Source of the DNA: Macrostomum lignano
Taxonomy: Eukaryota
Assembly (NCBI GenBank): GCA_002269645.1
Contig: NIVC01001855.1
Span: forward strand, 62,001 to 126,000
Length of the DNA stretch: 64,000 nucleotides
Reading direction: 5' to 3'
This document shows positions 1 through 13,904 of this stretch, piece after piece; position 1 is the first letter of the stretch; every line of letters begins with the position of its first letter. The notes under the pieces were generated by a model, which ran no database searches, was not told the DNA's origin, and was given only the letters and a program-made list of their open reading frames with translations. Position numbers and translations under genes: made by a program.

Positions 1-3000
1 GATTCTTAGAAAAGTATGGACTGCTATTCTGAAATTGGGTTTGGAGCGATTCTTAGAAAAGTAAATGGACTGCTATTCTGAAATTGGGTTTGGAGCGATT
101 CTTAGAAAAGTAAATGGACTGCTATTCTGAAATTGGGTTTGGAGCGATTCTTAGAAAAGTAAATGGACTGCTATTCTGAAATTGGGTTTGGAGCGATTCT
201 TAGAAAAGTAAATGGACTGCTATTCTGAAATTGGGTTTGGAGCGATTCTTAGAAAAGTATGGACTGCTATTCTGAAATTGGGTTTGGAGCGATTCTTAGA
301 AAAGTAAATGGACTGCTATTCTGAAATTGGGTTTGGAGCGATTCTTAGAAAAGTATGGACTGCTATTCTGAAATTGGGTTTGGAGCGATTCTTAGAAAAG
401 TATGGACTGCTATTCTGAAATTGGGTTTGGAGCGATTCTTAGAAAAGTATGGACTGCTATTCTGAAATTGGGTTTGGAGCGATTCTTAGAAAAGTATGGA
501 CTGCTATTCTGAAATTGGGTTTGGAGCGATTCTTAGAAAAGTAAATGGACTGCTATTCTGAAATTGGGTTTGGAGCGATTCTTAGAAAAGTAAATGGACT
601 GCTATTCTGAAATTGGGTTTGGAGCGATTCTTAGAAAAGTAAATGGACTGCTATTCTGAAATTGGGTTTGGAGCGATTCTTAGAAAAGTATGGACTGCTA
701 TTCTGAAATTGGGTTTGGAGCGATTCTTAGAAAAGTAAATGGACTGCTATTCTGAAATTGGGTTTGGAGCGATTCTTAGAAAAGTAAATGGACTGCTATT
801 CTGAAATTGGGTTTGGAGCGATTCTTAGAAAAGTAAATGGACTGCTATTCTGAAATTGGGTTTGGAGCGATTCTTAGAAAAGTAAATGGACTGCTATTCT
901 GAAATTGGGTTTGGAGCGATTCTTAGAAAAGTAAATGGACTGCTATTCTGAAATTGGGTTTGGAGCGATTCTTAGAAAAGTAAATGGACTGCTATTCTGA
1001 AATTGGGTTTGGAGCGATTCTTAGAAAAGTAAATGGACTGCTATTCTGAAATTGGGTTTGGAGCGATTCTTAGAAAAGTAAATGGACTGCTATTCTGAAA
1101 TTGGGTTTGGAGCGATTCTTAGAAAAGTAAATGGACTGCTATTCTGAAATTGGGTTTGGAGCGATTCTTAGAAAAGTAAATGGACTGCTATTCTGAAATT
1201 GGGTTTGGAGCGATTCTTAGAAAAGTATGGACTGCTATTCTGAAATTGGGTTTGGAGCGATTCTTAGAAAAGTAAATGGACTGCTATTCTGAAATTGGGT
1301 TTGGAGCGATTCTTAGAAAAGTAAATGGACTGCTATTCTGAAATTGGGTTTGGAGCGATTCTTAGAAAAGTAAATGGACTGCTATTCTGAAATTGGGTTT
1401 GGAGCGATTCTTAGAAAAGTATGGACTGCTATTCTGAAATTGGGTTTGGAGCGATTCTTAGAAAAGTAAATGGACTGCTATTCTGAAATTGGGTTTGGAG
1501 CGATTCTTAGAAAAGTAAATGGACTGCTATTCTGAAATTGGGTTTGGAGCGATTCTTAGAAAAGTAAATGGACTGCTATTCTGAAATTGGGTTTGGAGCG
1601 ATTCTTAGAAAAGTAAATGGACTGCTATTCTGAAATTGGGTTTGGAGCGATTCTTAGAAAAGTAAATGGACTGCTATTCTGAAATTGGGTTTGGAGCGAT
1701 TCTTAGAAAAGTAAATGGACTGCTATTCTGAAATTGGGTTTGGAGCGATTCTTAGAAAAGTAAATGGACTGCTATTCTGAAATTGGGTTTGGAGCGATTC
1801 TTAGAAAAGTAAATGGACTGCTATTCTGAAATTGGGTTTGGAGCGATTCTTAGAAAAGTAAATGGACTGCTATTCTGAAATTGGGTTTGGAGCGATTCTT
1901 AGAAAAGTATGGACTGCTATTCTGAAATTGGGTTTGGAGCGATTCTTAGAAAAGTAAATGGACTGCTATTCTGAAATTGGGTTTGGAGCGATTCTTAGAA
2001 AAGTAAATGGACTGCTATTCTGAAATTGGGTTTGGAGCGATTCTTAGAAAAGTATGGACTGCTATTCTGAAATTGGGTTTGGAGCGATTCTTAGAAAAGT
2101 AAATGGACTGCTATTCTGAAATTGGGTTTGGAGCGATTCTTAGAAAAGTAAATGGACTGCTATTCTGAAATTGGGTTTGGAGCGATTCTTAGAAAAGTAT
2201 GGACTGCTATTCTGAAATTGGGTTTGGAGCGATTCTTAGAAAAGTAAATGGACTGCTATTCTGAAATTGGGTTTGGAGCGATTCTTAGAAAAGTATGGAC
2301 TGCTATTCTGAAATTGGGTTTGGAGCGATTCTTAGAAAAGTAAATGGACTGCTATTCTGAAATTGGGTTTGGAGCGATTCTTAGAAAAGTATGGACTGCT
2401 ATTCTGAAATTGGGTTTGGAGCGATTCTTAGAAAAGTATGGACTGCTATTCTGAAATTGGGTTTGGAGCGATTCTTAGAAAAGTAAATGGACTGCTATTC
2501 TGAAATTGGGTTTGGAGCGATTCTTAGAAAAGTATGGACTGCTATTCTGAAATTGGGTTTGGAGCGATTCTTAGAAAAGTAAATGGACTGCTATTCTGAA
2601 ATTGGGTTTGGAGCGATTCTTAGAAAAGTAAATGGACTGCTATTCTGAAATTGGGTTTGGAGCGATTCTTAGAAAAGTAAATGGACTGCTATTCTGAAAT
2701 TGGGTTTGGAGCGATTCTTAGAAAAGTTGGACTGCTATTCTGAAATTGGGTTTGGAGCGATTCTTAGAAAAGTAAATGGACTGCTATTCTGAAATTGGGT
2801 TTGGAGCGATTCTTAGAAAAGTAAATGGACTGCTATTCTGAAATTGGGTTTGGAGCGATTCTTAGAAAAGTAAATGGACTGCTATTCTGAAATTGGGTTT
2901 GGAGCGATTCTTAGAAAAGTATGGACTGCTATTCTGAAATTGGGTTTGGAGCGATTCTTAGAAAAGTAAATGGACTGCTATTCTGAAATTGGGTTTGGAG

Positions 3001-6000
3001 CGATTCTTAGAAAAGTAAATGGACTGCTATTCTGAAATTGGGTTTGGAGCGATTCTTAGAAAAGTAAATGGACTGCTATTCTGAAATTGGGTTTGGAGCG
3101 ATTCTTAGAAAAGTAAATGGACTGCTATTCTGAAATTGGGTTTGGAGCGATTCTTAGAAAAGTAAATGGACTGCTATTCTGAAATTGGGTTTGGAGCGAT
3201 TCTTAGAAAAGTAAATGGACTGCTATTCTGAAATTGGGTTTGGAGCGATTCTTAGAAAAGTAAATGGACTGCTATTCTGAAATTGGGTTTGGAGCGATTC
3301 TTAGAAAAGTAAATGGACTGCTATTCTGAAATTGGGTTTGGAGCGATTCTTAGAAAAGTAAATGGACTGCTATTCTGAAATTGGGTTTGGAGCGATTCTT
3401 AGAAAAGTATGGACTGCTATTCTGAAATTGGGTTTGGAGCGATTCTTAGAAAAGTAAATGGACTGCTATTCTGAAATTGGGTTTGGAGCGATTCTTAGAA
3501 AAGTATGGACTGCTATTCTGAAATTGGGTTTGGAGCGATTCTTAGAAAAGTAAATGGACTGCTATTCTGAAATTGGGTTTGGAGCGATTCTTAGAAAAGT
3601 ATGGACTGCTATTCTGAAATTGGGTTTGGAGCGATTCTTAGAAAAGTAAATGGACTGCTATTCTGAAATTGGGTTTGGAGCGATTCTTAGAAAAGTAAAT
3701 GGACTGCTATTCTGAAATTGGGTTTGGAGCGATTCTTAGAAAAGTAAATGGACTGCTATTCTGAAATTGGGTTTGGAGCGATTCTTAGAAAAGTTCATGG
3801 ACTGCTATTCTGAAATTGGGTTTGGAGCGATTCTTAGAAAAGTATGGACTGCTATTCTGAAATTGGGTTTGGAGCGATTCTTAGAAAAGTAAATGGACTG
3901 CTATTCTGAAATTGGGTTTGGAGCGATTCTTAGAAAAGTAAATGGACTGCTATTCTGAAATTGGGTTTGGAGCGATTCTTAGAAAAGTAAATGGACTGCT
4001 ATTCTGAAATTGGGTTTGGAGCGATTCTTAGAAAAGTATGGACTGCTATTCTGAAATTGGGTTTGGAGCGATTCTTAGAAAAGTTCATGGACTGCTATTC
4101 TGAAATTGGGTTTGGAGCGATTCTTAGAAAAGTAAATGGACTGCTATTCTGAAATTGGGTTTGGAGCGATTCTTAGAAAAGTAAATGGACTGCTATTCTG
4201 AAATTGGGTTTGGAGCGATTCTTAGAAAAGTAAATGGACTGCTATTCTGAAATTGGGTTTGGAGCGATTCTTAGAAAAGTAAATGGACTGCTATTCTGAA
4301 ATTGGGTTTGGAGCGATTCTTAGAAAAGTAAATGGACTGCTATTCTGAAATTGGGTTTGGAGCGATTCTTAGAAAAGTAAATGGACTGCTATTCTGAAAT
4401 TGGGTTTGGAGCGATTCTTAGAAAAGTAAATGGACTGCTATTCTGAAATTGGGTTTGGAGCGATTCTTAGAAAAGTAAATGGACTGCTATTCTGAAATTG
4501 GGTTTGGAGCGATTCTTAGAAAAGTAAATGGACTGCTATTCTGAAATTGGGTTTGGAGCGATTCTTAGAAAAGTAAATGGACTGCTATTCTGAAATTGGG
4601 TTTGGAGCGATTCTTAGAAAAGTAAATGGACTGCTATTCTGAAATTGGGTTTGGAGCGATTCTTAGAAAAGTAAATGGACTGCTATTCTGAAATTGGGTT
4701 TGGAGCGATTCTTAGAAAAGTAAATGGACTGCTATTCTGAAATTGGGTTTGGAGCGATTCTTAGAAAAGTAAATGGACTGCTATTCTGAAATTGGGTTTG
4801 GAGCGATTCTTAGAAAAGTAAATGGACTGCTATTCTGAAATTGGGTTTGGAGCGATTCTTAGAAAAGTAAATGGACTGCTATTCTGAAATTGGGTTTGGA
4901 GCGATTCTTAGAAAAGTAAATGGACTGCTATTCTGAAATTGGGTTTGGAGCGATTCTTAGAAAAGTTCATGGACTGCTATTCTGAAATTGGGTTTGGAGC
5001 GATTCTTAGAAAAGTAAATGGACTGCTATTCTGAAATTGGGTTTGGAGCGATTCTTAGAAAAGTATGGACTGCTATTCTGAAATTGGGTTTGGAGCGATT
5101 CTTAGAAAAGTAAATGGACTGCTATTCTGAAATTGGGTTTGGAGCGATTCTTAGAAAAGTATGGACTGCTATTCTGAAATTGGGTTTGGAGCGATTCTTA
5201 GAAAAGTATGGACTGCTATTCTGAAATTGGGTTTGGAGCGATTCTTAGAAAAGTAAATGGACTGCTATTCTGAAATTGGGTTTGGAGCGATTCTTAGAAA
5301 AGTATGGACTGCTATTCTGAAATTGGGTTTGGAGCGATTCTTAGAAAAGTAAATGGACTGCTATTCTGAAATTGGGTTTGGAGCGATTCTTAGAAAAGTA
5401 TGGACTGCTATTCTGAAATTGGGTTTGGAGCGATTCTTAGAAAAGTATGGACTGCTATTCTGAAATTGGGTTTGGAGCGATTCTTAGAAAAGTATGGACT
5501 GCTATTCTGAAATTGGGTTTGGAGCGATTCTTAGAAAAGTAAATGGACTGCTATTCTGAAATTGGGTTTGGAGCGATTCTTAGAAAAGTATGGACTGCTA
5601 TTCTGAAATTGGGTTTGGAGCGATTCTTAGAAAAGTAAATGGACTGCTATTCTGAAATTGGGTTTGGAGCGATTCTTAGAAAAGTAAATGGACTGCTATT
5701 CTGAAATTGGGTTTGGAGCGATTCTTAGAAAAGTAAATGGACTGCTATTCTGAAATTGGGTTTGGAGCGATTCTTAGAAAAGTAAATGGACTGCTATTCT
5801 GAAATTGGGTTTGGAGCGATTCTTAGAAAAGTAAATGGACTGCTATTCTGAAATTGGGTTTGGAGCGATTCTTAGAAAAGTAAATGGACTGCTATTCTGA
5901 AATTGGGTTTGGAGCGATTCTTAGAAAAGTAAATGGACTGCTATTCTGAAATTGGGTTTGGAGCGATTCTTAGAAAAGTAAATGGACTGCTATTCTGAAA

Positions 6001-9000
6001 TTGGGTTTGGAGCGATTCTTAGAAAAGTATGGACTGCTATTCTGAAATTGGGTTTGGAGCGATTCTTAGAAAAGTAAATGGACTGCTATTCTGAAATTGG
6101 GTTTGGAGCGATTCTTAGAAAAGTAAATGGACTGCTATTCTGAAATTGGGTTTGGAGCGATTCTTAGAAAAGTAAATGGACTGCTATTCTGAAATTGGGT
6201 TTGGAGCGATTCTTAGAAAAGTAAATGGACTGCTATTCTGAAATTGGGTTTGGAGCGATTCTTAGAAAAGTATGGACTGCTATTCTGAAATTGGGTTTGG
6301 AGCGATTCTTAGAAAAGTAAATGGACTGCTATTCTGAAATTGGGTTTGGAGCGATTCTTAGAAAAGTAAATGGACTGCTATTCTGAAATTGGGTTTGGAG
6401 CGATTCTTAGAAAAGTAAATGGACTGCTATTCTGAAATTGGGTTTGGAGCGATTCTTAGAAAAGTAAATGGACTGCTATTCTGAAATTGGGTTTGGAGCG
6501 ATTCTTAGAAAAGTAAATGGACTGCTATTCTGAAATTGGGTTTGGAGCGATTCTTAGAAAAGTAAATGGACTGCTATTCTGAAATTGGGTTTGGAGCGAT
6601 TCTTAGAAAAGTATGGACTGCTATTCTGAAATTGGGTTTGGAGCGATTCTTAGAAAAGTATGGACTGCTATTCTGAAATTGGGTTTGGAGCGATTCTTAG
6701 AAAAGTTCATGGACTGCTATTCTGAAATTGGGTTTGGAGCGATTCTTAGAAAAGTAAATGGACTGCTATTCTGAAATTGGGTTTGGAGCGATTCTTAGAA
6801 AAGTTCAAATGGACTGCTATTCTGAAATTGGGTTTGGAGCGATTCTTAGAAAAGTATGGACTGCTATTCTGAAATTGGGTTTGGAGCGATTCTTAGAAAA
6901 GTATGGACTGCTATTCTGAAATTGGGTTTGGAGCGATTCTTAGAAAAGTAAATGGACTGCTATTCTGAAATTGGGTTTGGAGCGATTCTTAGAAAAGTAA
7001 ATGGACTGCTATTCTGAAATTGGGTTTGGAGCGATTCTTAGAAAAGTAAATGGACTGCTATTCTGAAATTGGGTTTGGAGCGATTCTTAGAAAAGTTCAT
7101 GGACTGCTATTCTGAAATTGGGTTTGGAGCGATTCTTAGAAAAGTTCATGGACTGCTATTCTGAAATTGGGTTTGGAGCGATTCTTAGAAAAGTTCATGG
7201 ACTGCTATTCTGAAATTGGGTTTGGAGCGATTCTTAGAAAAGTTCATGGACTGCTATTCTGAAATTGGGTTTGGAGCGATTCTTAGAAAAGTAAATGGAC
7301 TGCTATTCTGAAATTGGGTTTGGAGCGATTCTTAGAAAAGTAAATGGACTGCTATTCTGAAATTGGGTTTGGAGCGATTCTTAGAAAAGTATGGACTGCT
7401 ATTCTGAAATTGGGTTTGGAGCGATTCTTAGAAAAGTATGGACTGCTATTCTGAAATTGGGTTTGGAGCGATTCTTAGAAAAGTAAATGGACTGCTATTC
7501 TGAAATTGGGTTTGGAGCGATTCTTAGAAAAGTATGGACTGCTATTCTGAAATTGGGTTTGGAGCGATTCTTAGAAAAGTAAATGGACTGCTATTCTGAA
7601 ATTGGGTTTGGAGCGATTCTTAGAAAAGTAAATGGACTGCTATTCTGAAATTGGGTTTGGAGCGATTCTTAGAAAAGTATGGACTGCTATTCTGAAATTG
7701 GGTTTGGAGCGATTCTTAGAAAAGTAAATGGACTGCTATTCTGAAATTGGGTTTGGAGCGATTCTTAGAAAAGTAAATGGACTGCTATTCTGAAATTGGG
7801 TTTGGAGCGATTCTTAGAAAAGTAAATGGACTGCTATTCTGAAATTGGGTTTGGAGCGATTCTTAGAAAAGTAAATGGACTGCTATTCTGAAATTGGGTT
7901 TGGAGCGATTCTTAGAAAAGTAAATGGACTGCTATTCTGAAATTGGGTTTGGAGCGATTCTTAGAAAAGTAAATGGACTGCTATTCTGAAATTGGGTTTG
8001 GAGCGATTCTTAGAAAAGTAAATGGACTGCTATTCTGAAATTGGGTTTGGAGCGATTCTTAGAAAAGTAAATGGACTGCTATTCTGAAATTGGGTTTGGA
8101 GCGATTCTTAGAAAAGTAAATGGACTGCTATTCTGAAATTGGGTTTGGAGCGATTCTTAGAAAAGTAAATGGACTGCTATTCTGAAATTGGGTTTGGAGC
8201 GATTCTTAGAAAAGTAAATGGACTGCTATTCTGAAATTGGGTTTGGAGCGATTCTTAGAAAAGTAAATGGACTGCTATTCTGAAATTGGGTTTGGAGCGA
8301 TTCTTAGAAAAGTAAATGGACTGCTATTCTGAAATTGGGTTTGGAGCGATTCTTAGAAAAGTAAATGGACTGCTATTCTGAAATTGGGTTTGGAGCGATT
8401 CTTAGAAAAGTAAATGGACTGCTATTCTGAAATTGGGTTTGGAGCGATTCTTAGAAAAGTAAATGGACTGCTATTCTGAAATTGGGTTTGGAGCGATTCT
8501 TAGAAAAGTATGGACTGCTATTCTGAAATTGGGTTTGGAGCGATTCTTAGAAAAGTTCATGGACTGCTATTCTGAAATTGGGTTTGGAGCGATTCTTAGA
8601 AAAGTTCATGGACTGCTATTCTGAAATCGGGTTTGGAGCGATTCTTAGAAAAGTTCATGGACTGCTATTCTGAAATTGGGTTTGGAGCGATTCTTAGAAA
8701 AGTAAATGGACTGCTATTCTGAAATTGGGTTTGGAGCGATTCTTAGAAAAGTAAATGGACTGCTATTCTGAAATTGGGTTTGGAGCGATTCTTAGAAAAG
8801 TATGGACTGCTATTCTGAAATCGGGTTTGGAGCGATTCTTAGAAAAGTATGGACTGCTATTCTGAAATTGGGTTTGGAGCGATTCTTAGAAAAGTAAATG
8901 GACTGCTATTCTGAAATTGGGTTTGGAGCGATTCTTAGAAAAGTTCATGGACTGCTATTCTGAAATTGGGTTTGGAGCGATTCTTAGAAAAGTTCATGGA

Positions 9001-12000
9001 CTGCTATTCTGAAATTGGGTTTGGAGCGATTCTTAGAAAAGTAAATGGACTGCTATTCTGAAATTGGGTTTGGAGCGATTCTTAGAAAAGTAAATGGACT
9101 GCTATTCTGAAATTGGGTTTGGAGCGATTCTTAGAAAAGTTCATGGACTGCTATTCTGAAATTGGGTTTGGAGCGATTCTTAGAAAAGTAAATGGACTGC
9201 TATTCTGAAATTGGGTTTGGAGCGATTCTTAGAAAAGTAAATGGACTGCTATTCTGAAATTGGGTTTGGAGCGATTCTTAGAAAAGTAAATGGACTGCTA
9301 TTCTGAAATTGGGTTTGGAGCGATTCTTAGAAAAGTATGGACTGCTATTCTGAAATTGGGTTTGGAGCGATTCTTAGAAAAGTATGGACTGCTATTCTGA
9401 AATTGGGTTTGGAGCGATTCTTAGAAAAGTAAATGGACTGCTATTCTGAAATTGGGTTTGGAGCGATTCTTAGAAAAGTAAATGGACTGCTATTCTGAAA
9501 TTGGGTTTGGAGCGATTCTTAGAAAAGTAAATGGACTGCTATTCTGAAATTGGGTTTGGAGCGATTCTTAGAAAAGTAAATGGACTGCTATTCTGAAATT
9601 GGGTTTGGAGCGATTCTTAGAAAAGTAAATGGACTGCTATTCTGAAATTGGGTTTGGAGCGATTCTTAGAAAAGTATGGACTGCTATTCTGAAATTGGGT
9701 TTGGAGCGATTCTTAGAAAAGTATGGACTGCTATTCTGAAATTGGGTTTGGAGCGATTCTTAGAAAAGTAAATGGACTGCTATTCTGAAATTGGGTTTGG
9801 AGCGATTCTTAGAAAAGTAAATGGACTGCTATTCTGAAATTGGGTTTGGAGCGATTCTTAGAAAAGTAAATGGACTGCTATTCTGAAATCGGGTTTGGAG
9901 CGATTCTTAGAAAAGTAAATGGACTGCTATTCTGAAATTGGGTTTGGAGCGATTCTTAGAAAAGTAAATGGACTGCTATTCTGAAATTGGGTTTGGAGCG
10001 ATTCTTAGAAAAGTTCATGGACTGCTATTCTGAAATTGGGTTTGGAGCGATTCTTAGAAAAGTATGGACTGCTATTCTGAAATTGGGTTTGGAGCGATTC
10101 TTAGAAAAGTTCATGGACTGCTATTCTGAAATTGGGTTTGGAGCGATTCTTAGAAAAGTAAATGGACTGCTATTCTGAAATTGGGTTTGGAGCGATTCTT
10201 AGAAAAGTAAATGGACTGCTATTCTGAAATTGGGTTTGGAGCGATTCTTAGAAAAGTTCATGGACTGCTATTCTGAAATTGGGTTTGGAGCGATTCTTAG
10301 AAAAGTAAATGGACTGCTATTCTGAAATTGGGTTTGGAGCGATTCTTAGAAAAGTAAATGGACTGCTATTCTGAAATTGGGTTTGGAGCGATTCTTAGAA
10401 AAGTATGGACTGCTATTCTGAAATCGGGTTTGGAGCGATTCTTAGAAAAGTAAATGGACTGCTATTCTGAAATTGGGTTTGGAGCGATTCTTAGAAAAGT
10501 ATGGACTGCTATTCTGAAATTGGGTTTGGAGCGATTCTTAGAAAAGTAAATGGACTGCTATTCTGAAATTGGGTTTGGAGCGATTCTTAGAAAAGTAAAT
10601 GGACTGCTATTCTGAAATTGGGTTTGGAGCGATTCTTAGAAAAGTTGGACTGCTATTCTGAAATTGGGTTTGGAGCGATTCTTAGAAAAGTTCATGGACT
10701 GCTATTCTGAAATTGGGTTTGGAGCGATTCTTAGAAAAGTTCATGGACTGCTATTCTGAAATTGGGTTTGGAGCGATTCTTAGAAAAGTTCATGGACTGC
10801 TATTCTGAAATTGGGTTTGGAGCGATTCTTAGAAAAGTAAATGGACTGCTATTCTGAAATTGGGTTTGGAGCGATTCTTAGAAAAGTAAATGGACTGCTA
10901 TTCTGAAATTGGGTTTGGAGCGATTCTTAGAAAAGTATGGACTGCTATTCTGAAATTGGGTTTGGAGCGATTCTTAGAAAAGTATGGACTGCTATTCTGA
11001 AATCGGGTTTGGAGCGATTCTTAGAAAAGTAAATGGACTGCTATTCTGAAATCGGGTTTGGAGCGATTCTTAGAAAAGTTCATGGACTGCTATTCTGAAA
11101 TTGGGTTTGGAGCGATTCTTAGAAAAGTTCATGGACTGCTATTCTGAAATTGGGTTTGGAGCGATTCTTAGAAAAGTAAATGGACTGCTATTCTGAAATT
11201 GGGTTTGGAGCGATTCTTAGAAAAGTAAATGGACTGCTATTCTGAAATTGGGTTTGGAGCGATTCTTAGAAAAGTAAATGGACTGCTATTCTGAAATTGG
11301 GTTTGGAGCGATTCTTAGAAAAGTAAATGGACTGCTATTCTGAAATTGGGTTTGGAGCGATTCTTAGAAAAGTAAATGGACTGCTATTCTGAAATTGGGT
11401 TTGGAGCGATTCTTAGAAAAGTAAATGGACTGCTATTCTGAAATTGGGTTTGGAGCGATTCTTAGAAAAGTATGGACTGCTATTCTGAAATTGGGTTTGG
11501 AGCGATTCTTAGAAAAGTAAATGGACTGCTATTCTGAAATTGGGTTTGGAGCGATTCTTAGAAAAGTATGGACTGCTATTCTGAAATTGGGTTTGGAGCG
11601 ATTCTTAGAAAAGTATGGACTGCTATTCTGAAATTGGGTTTGGAGCGATTCTTAGAAAAGTAAATGGACTGCTATTCTGAAATTGGGTTTGGAGCGATTC
11701 TTAGAAAAGTAAATGGACTGCTATTCTGAAATTGGGTTTGGAGCGATTCTTAGAAAAGTAAATGGACTGCTATTCTGAAATTGGGTTTGGAGCGATTCTT
11801 AGAAAAGTATGGACTGCTATTCTGAAATTGGGTTTGGAGCGATTCTTAGAAAAGTTCATGGACTGCTATTCTGAAATTGGGTTTGGAGCGATTCTTAGAA
11901 AAGTAAATGGACTGCTATTCTGAAATTGGGTTTGGAGCGATTCTTAGAAAAGTAAATGGACTGCTATTCTGAAATTGGGTTTGGAGCGATTCTTAGAAAA

Positions 12001-13424
12001 GTAAATGGACTGCTATTCTGAAATTGGGTTTGGAGCGATTCTTAGAAAAGTAAATGGACTGCTATTCTGAAATCGGGTTTGGAGCGATTCTTAGAAAAGT
12101 AAATGGACTGCTATTCTGAAATTGGGTTTGGAGCGATTCTTAGAAAAGTTCATGGACTGCTATTCTGAAATCGGGTTTGGAGCGATTCTTAGAAAAGTAT
12201 GGACTGCTATTCTGAAATCGGGTTTGGAGCGATTCTTAGAAAAGTTCATGGACTGCTATTCTGAAATCGGGTTTGGAGCGATTCTTAGAAAAGTTCATGG
12301 ACTGCTATTCTGAAATTGGGTTTGGAGCGATTCTTAGAAAAGTTCATGGACTGCTATTCTGAAATCGGGTTTGGAGCGATTCTTAGAAAAGTTCAAATGG
12401 ACTGCTATTCTGAAATTGGGTTTGGAGCGATTCTTAGAAAAGTAAATGGACTGCTATTCTGAAATTGGGTTTGGAGCGATTCTTAGAAAAGTATGGACTG
12501 CTATTCTGAAATTGGGTTTGGAGCGATTCTTAGAAAAGTATGGACTGCTATTCTGAAATTGGGTTTGGAGCGATTCTTAGAAAAGTAAATGGACTGCTAT
12601 TCTGAAATTGGGTTTGGAGCGATTCTTAGAAAAGTATGGACTGCTATTCTGAAATTGGGTTTGGAGCGATTCTTAGAAAAGTATGGACTGCTATTCTGAA
12701 ATTGGGTTTGGAGCGATTCTTAGAAAAGTTCATGGACTGCTATTCTGAAATTGGGTTTGGAGCGATTCTTAGAAAAGTTCATGGACTGCTATTCTGAAAT
12801 CGGGTTTGGAGCGATTCTTAGAAAAGTTCATGGACTGCTATTCTGAAATCGGGTTTGGAGCGATTCTTAGAAAAGTAAATGGACTGCTATTCTGAAATTG
12901 GGTTTGGAGCGATTCTTAGAAAAGTTCATGGACTGCTATTCTGAAATTGGGTTTGGAGCGATTCTTAGAAAAGTTCATGGACTGCTATTCTGAAATCGGG
13001 TTTGGAGCGATTCTTAGAAAAGTATGGACTGCTATTCTGAAATCGGGTTTGGAGCGATTCTTAGAAAAGTATGGACTGCTATTCTGAAATCGGGTTTGGA
13101 GCGATTCTTAGAAAAGTAAATGGACTGCTATTCTGAAATCGGGTTTGGAGCGATTCTTAGAAAAGTAAATGGACTGCTATTCTGAAATTGGGTTTGGAGC
13201 GATTCTTAGAAAAGTAAATGGACTGCTATTCTGAAATTGGGTTTGGAGCGATTCTTAGAAAAGTAAATGGACTGCTATTCTGAAATTGGGTTTGGAGCGA
13301 TTCTTAGAAAAGTAAATGGACTGCTATTCTGAAATTGGGTTTGGAGCGATTCTTAGAAAAGTAACTGCTATTCTGAAATTGGGTTTGGAGCGATGCTATT
13401 CTGAAATTGGGTTTGGAGCGATTC
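1..13424. repeat. Large tandem satellite, 49 bp main monomer (TGGACTGCTATTCTGAAATTGGGTTTGGAGCGATTCTTAGAAAAGTAAA) with 46/47/51 bp variants; roughly 275 copies in window, open at left edge
   Basis: Period read directly (e.g. GTAAATGG at 541 and 590). Variation confined to the junction (GTAAA/GTA/GTTCA/GT/GTTCAAA) and one T>C site. Ends in two truncated monomers near 13360-13424. Confidence 0.99.
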
Positions 13425-13904
13425 GCAGTGTGCTTCTCTGGTTGGTTAAGGTGATTGGATGGAATATAATTGATTTGAGGTCATTGAGTACAACTCTACG
13501 CTAATAAAAAGGGGTATAAAAATTCAAATCAGAGTCTCAATACTGATGAGCACATTAATCACTTCAAAGTTTGCTTGCAAACGAATTATGAAGTTTGAAT
13601 TAACATAATGGTTTATTTTAATTGAAAAAGTACACTATGAGCTTACTAGCTGCTGGAGTTAGCAGAATTATAATTAAACGAACTAGAAAAGATGTCAGAA
13701 AATTTTATAAAACCATCTTTGGCTATTAGTAATATAGTAGACGATCATAAATTAAAATTAATAAATGAGACTGTGCAAAAGCTTACAGAGATGAGACTTA
13801 GACTTGAATCCATACAGTGAAAATATGTAAGAATAGTAAAATTCTTACAATGTAATAGCTGACCTGAACATTGGATTGCACTGAGCATGAAAACCTGCAC
13901 CTAC

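Noticed and set aside
1-13424. CRISPR array or telomeric repeat
   Set aside because: No unique spacers, no cas genes, eukaryotic context; no TTAGGG-type units.
9987-13504. ORFs MGLERFLEK... within the 49 bp array
   Set aside because: Arise where variant monomers remove a stop; periodic translation of satellite.
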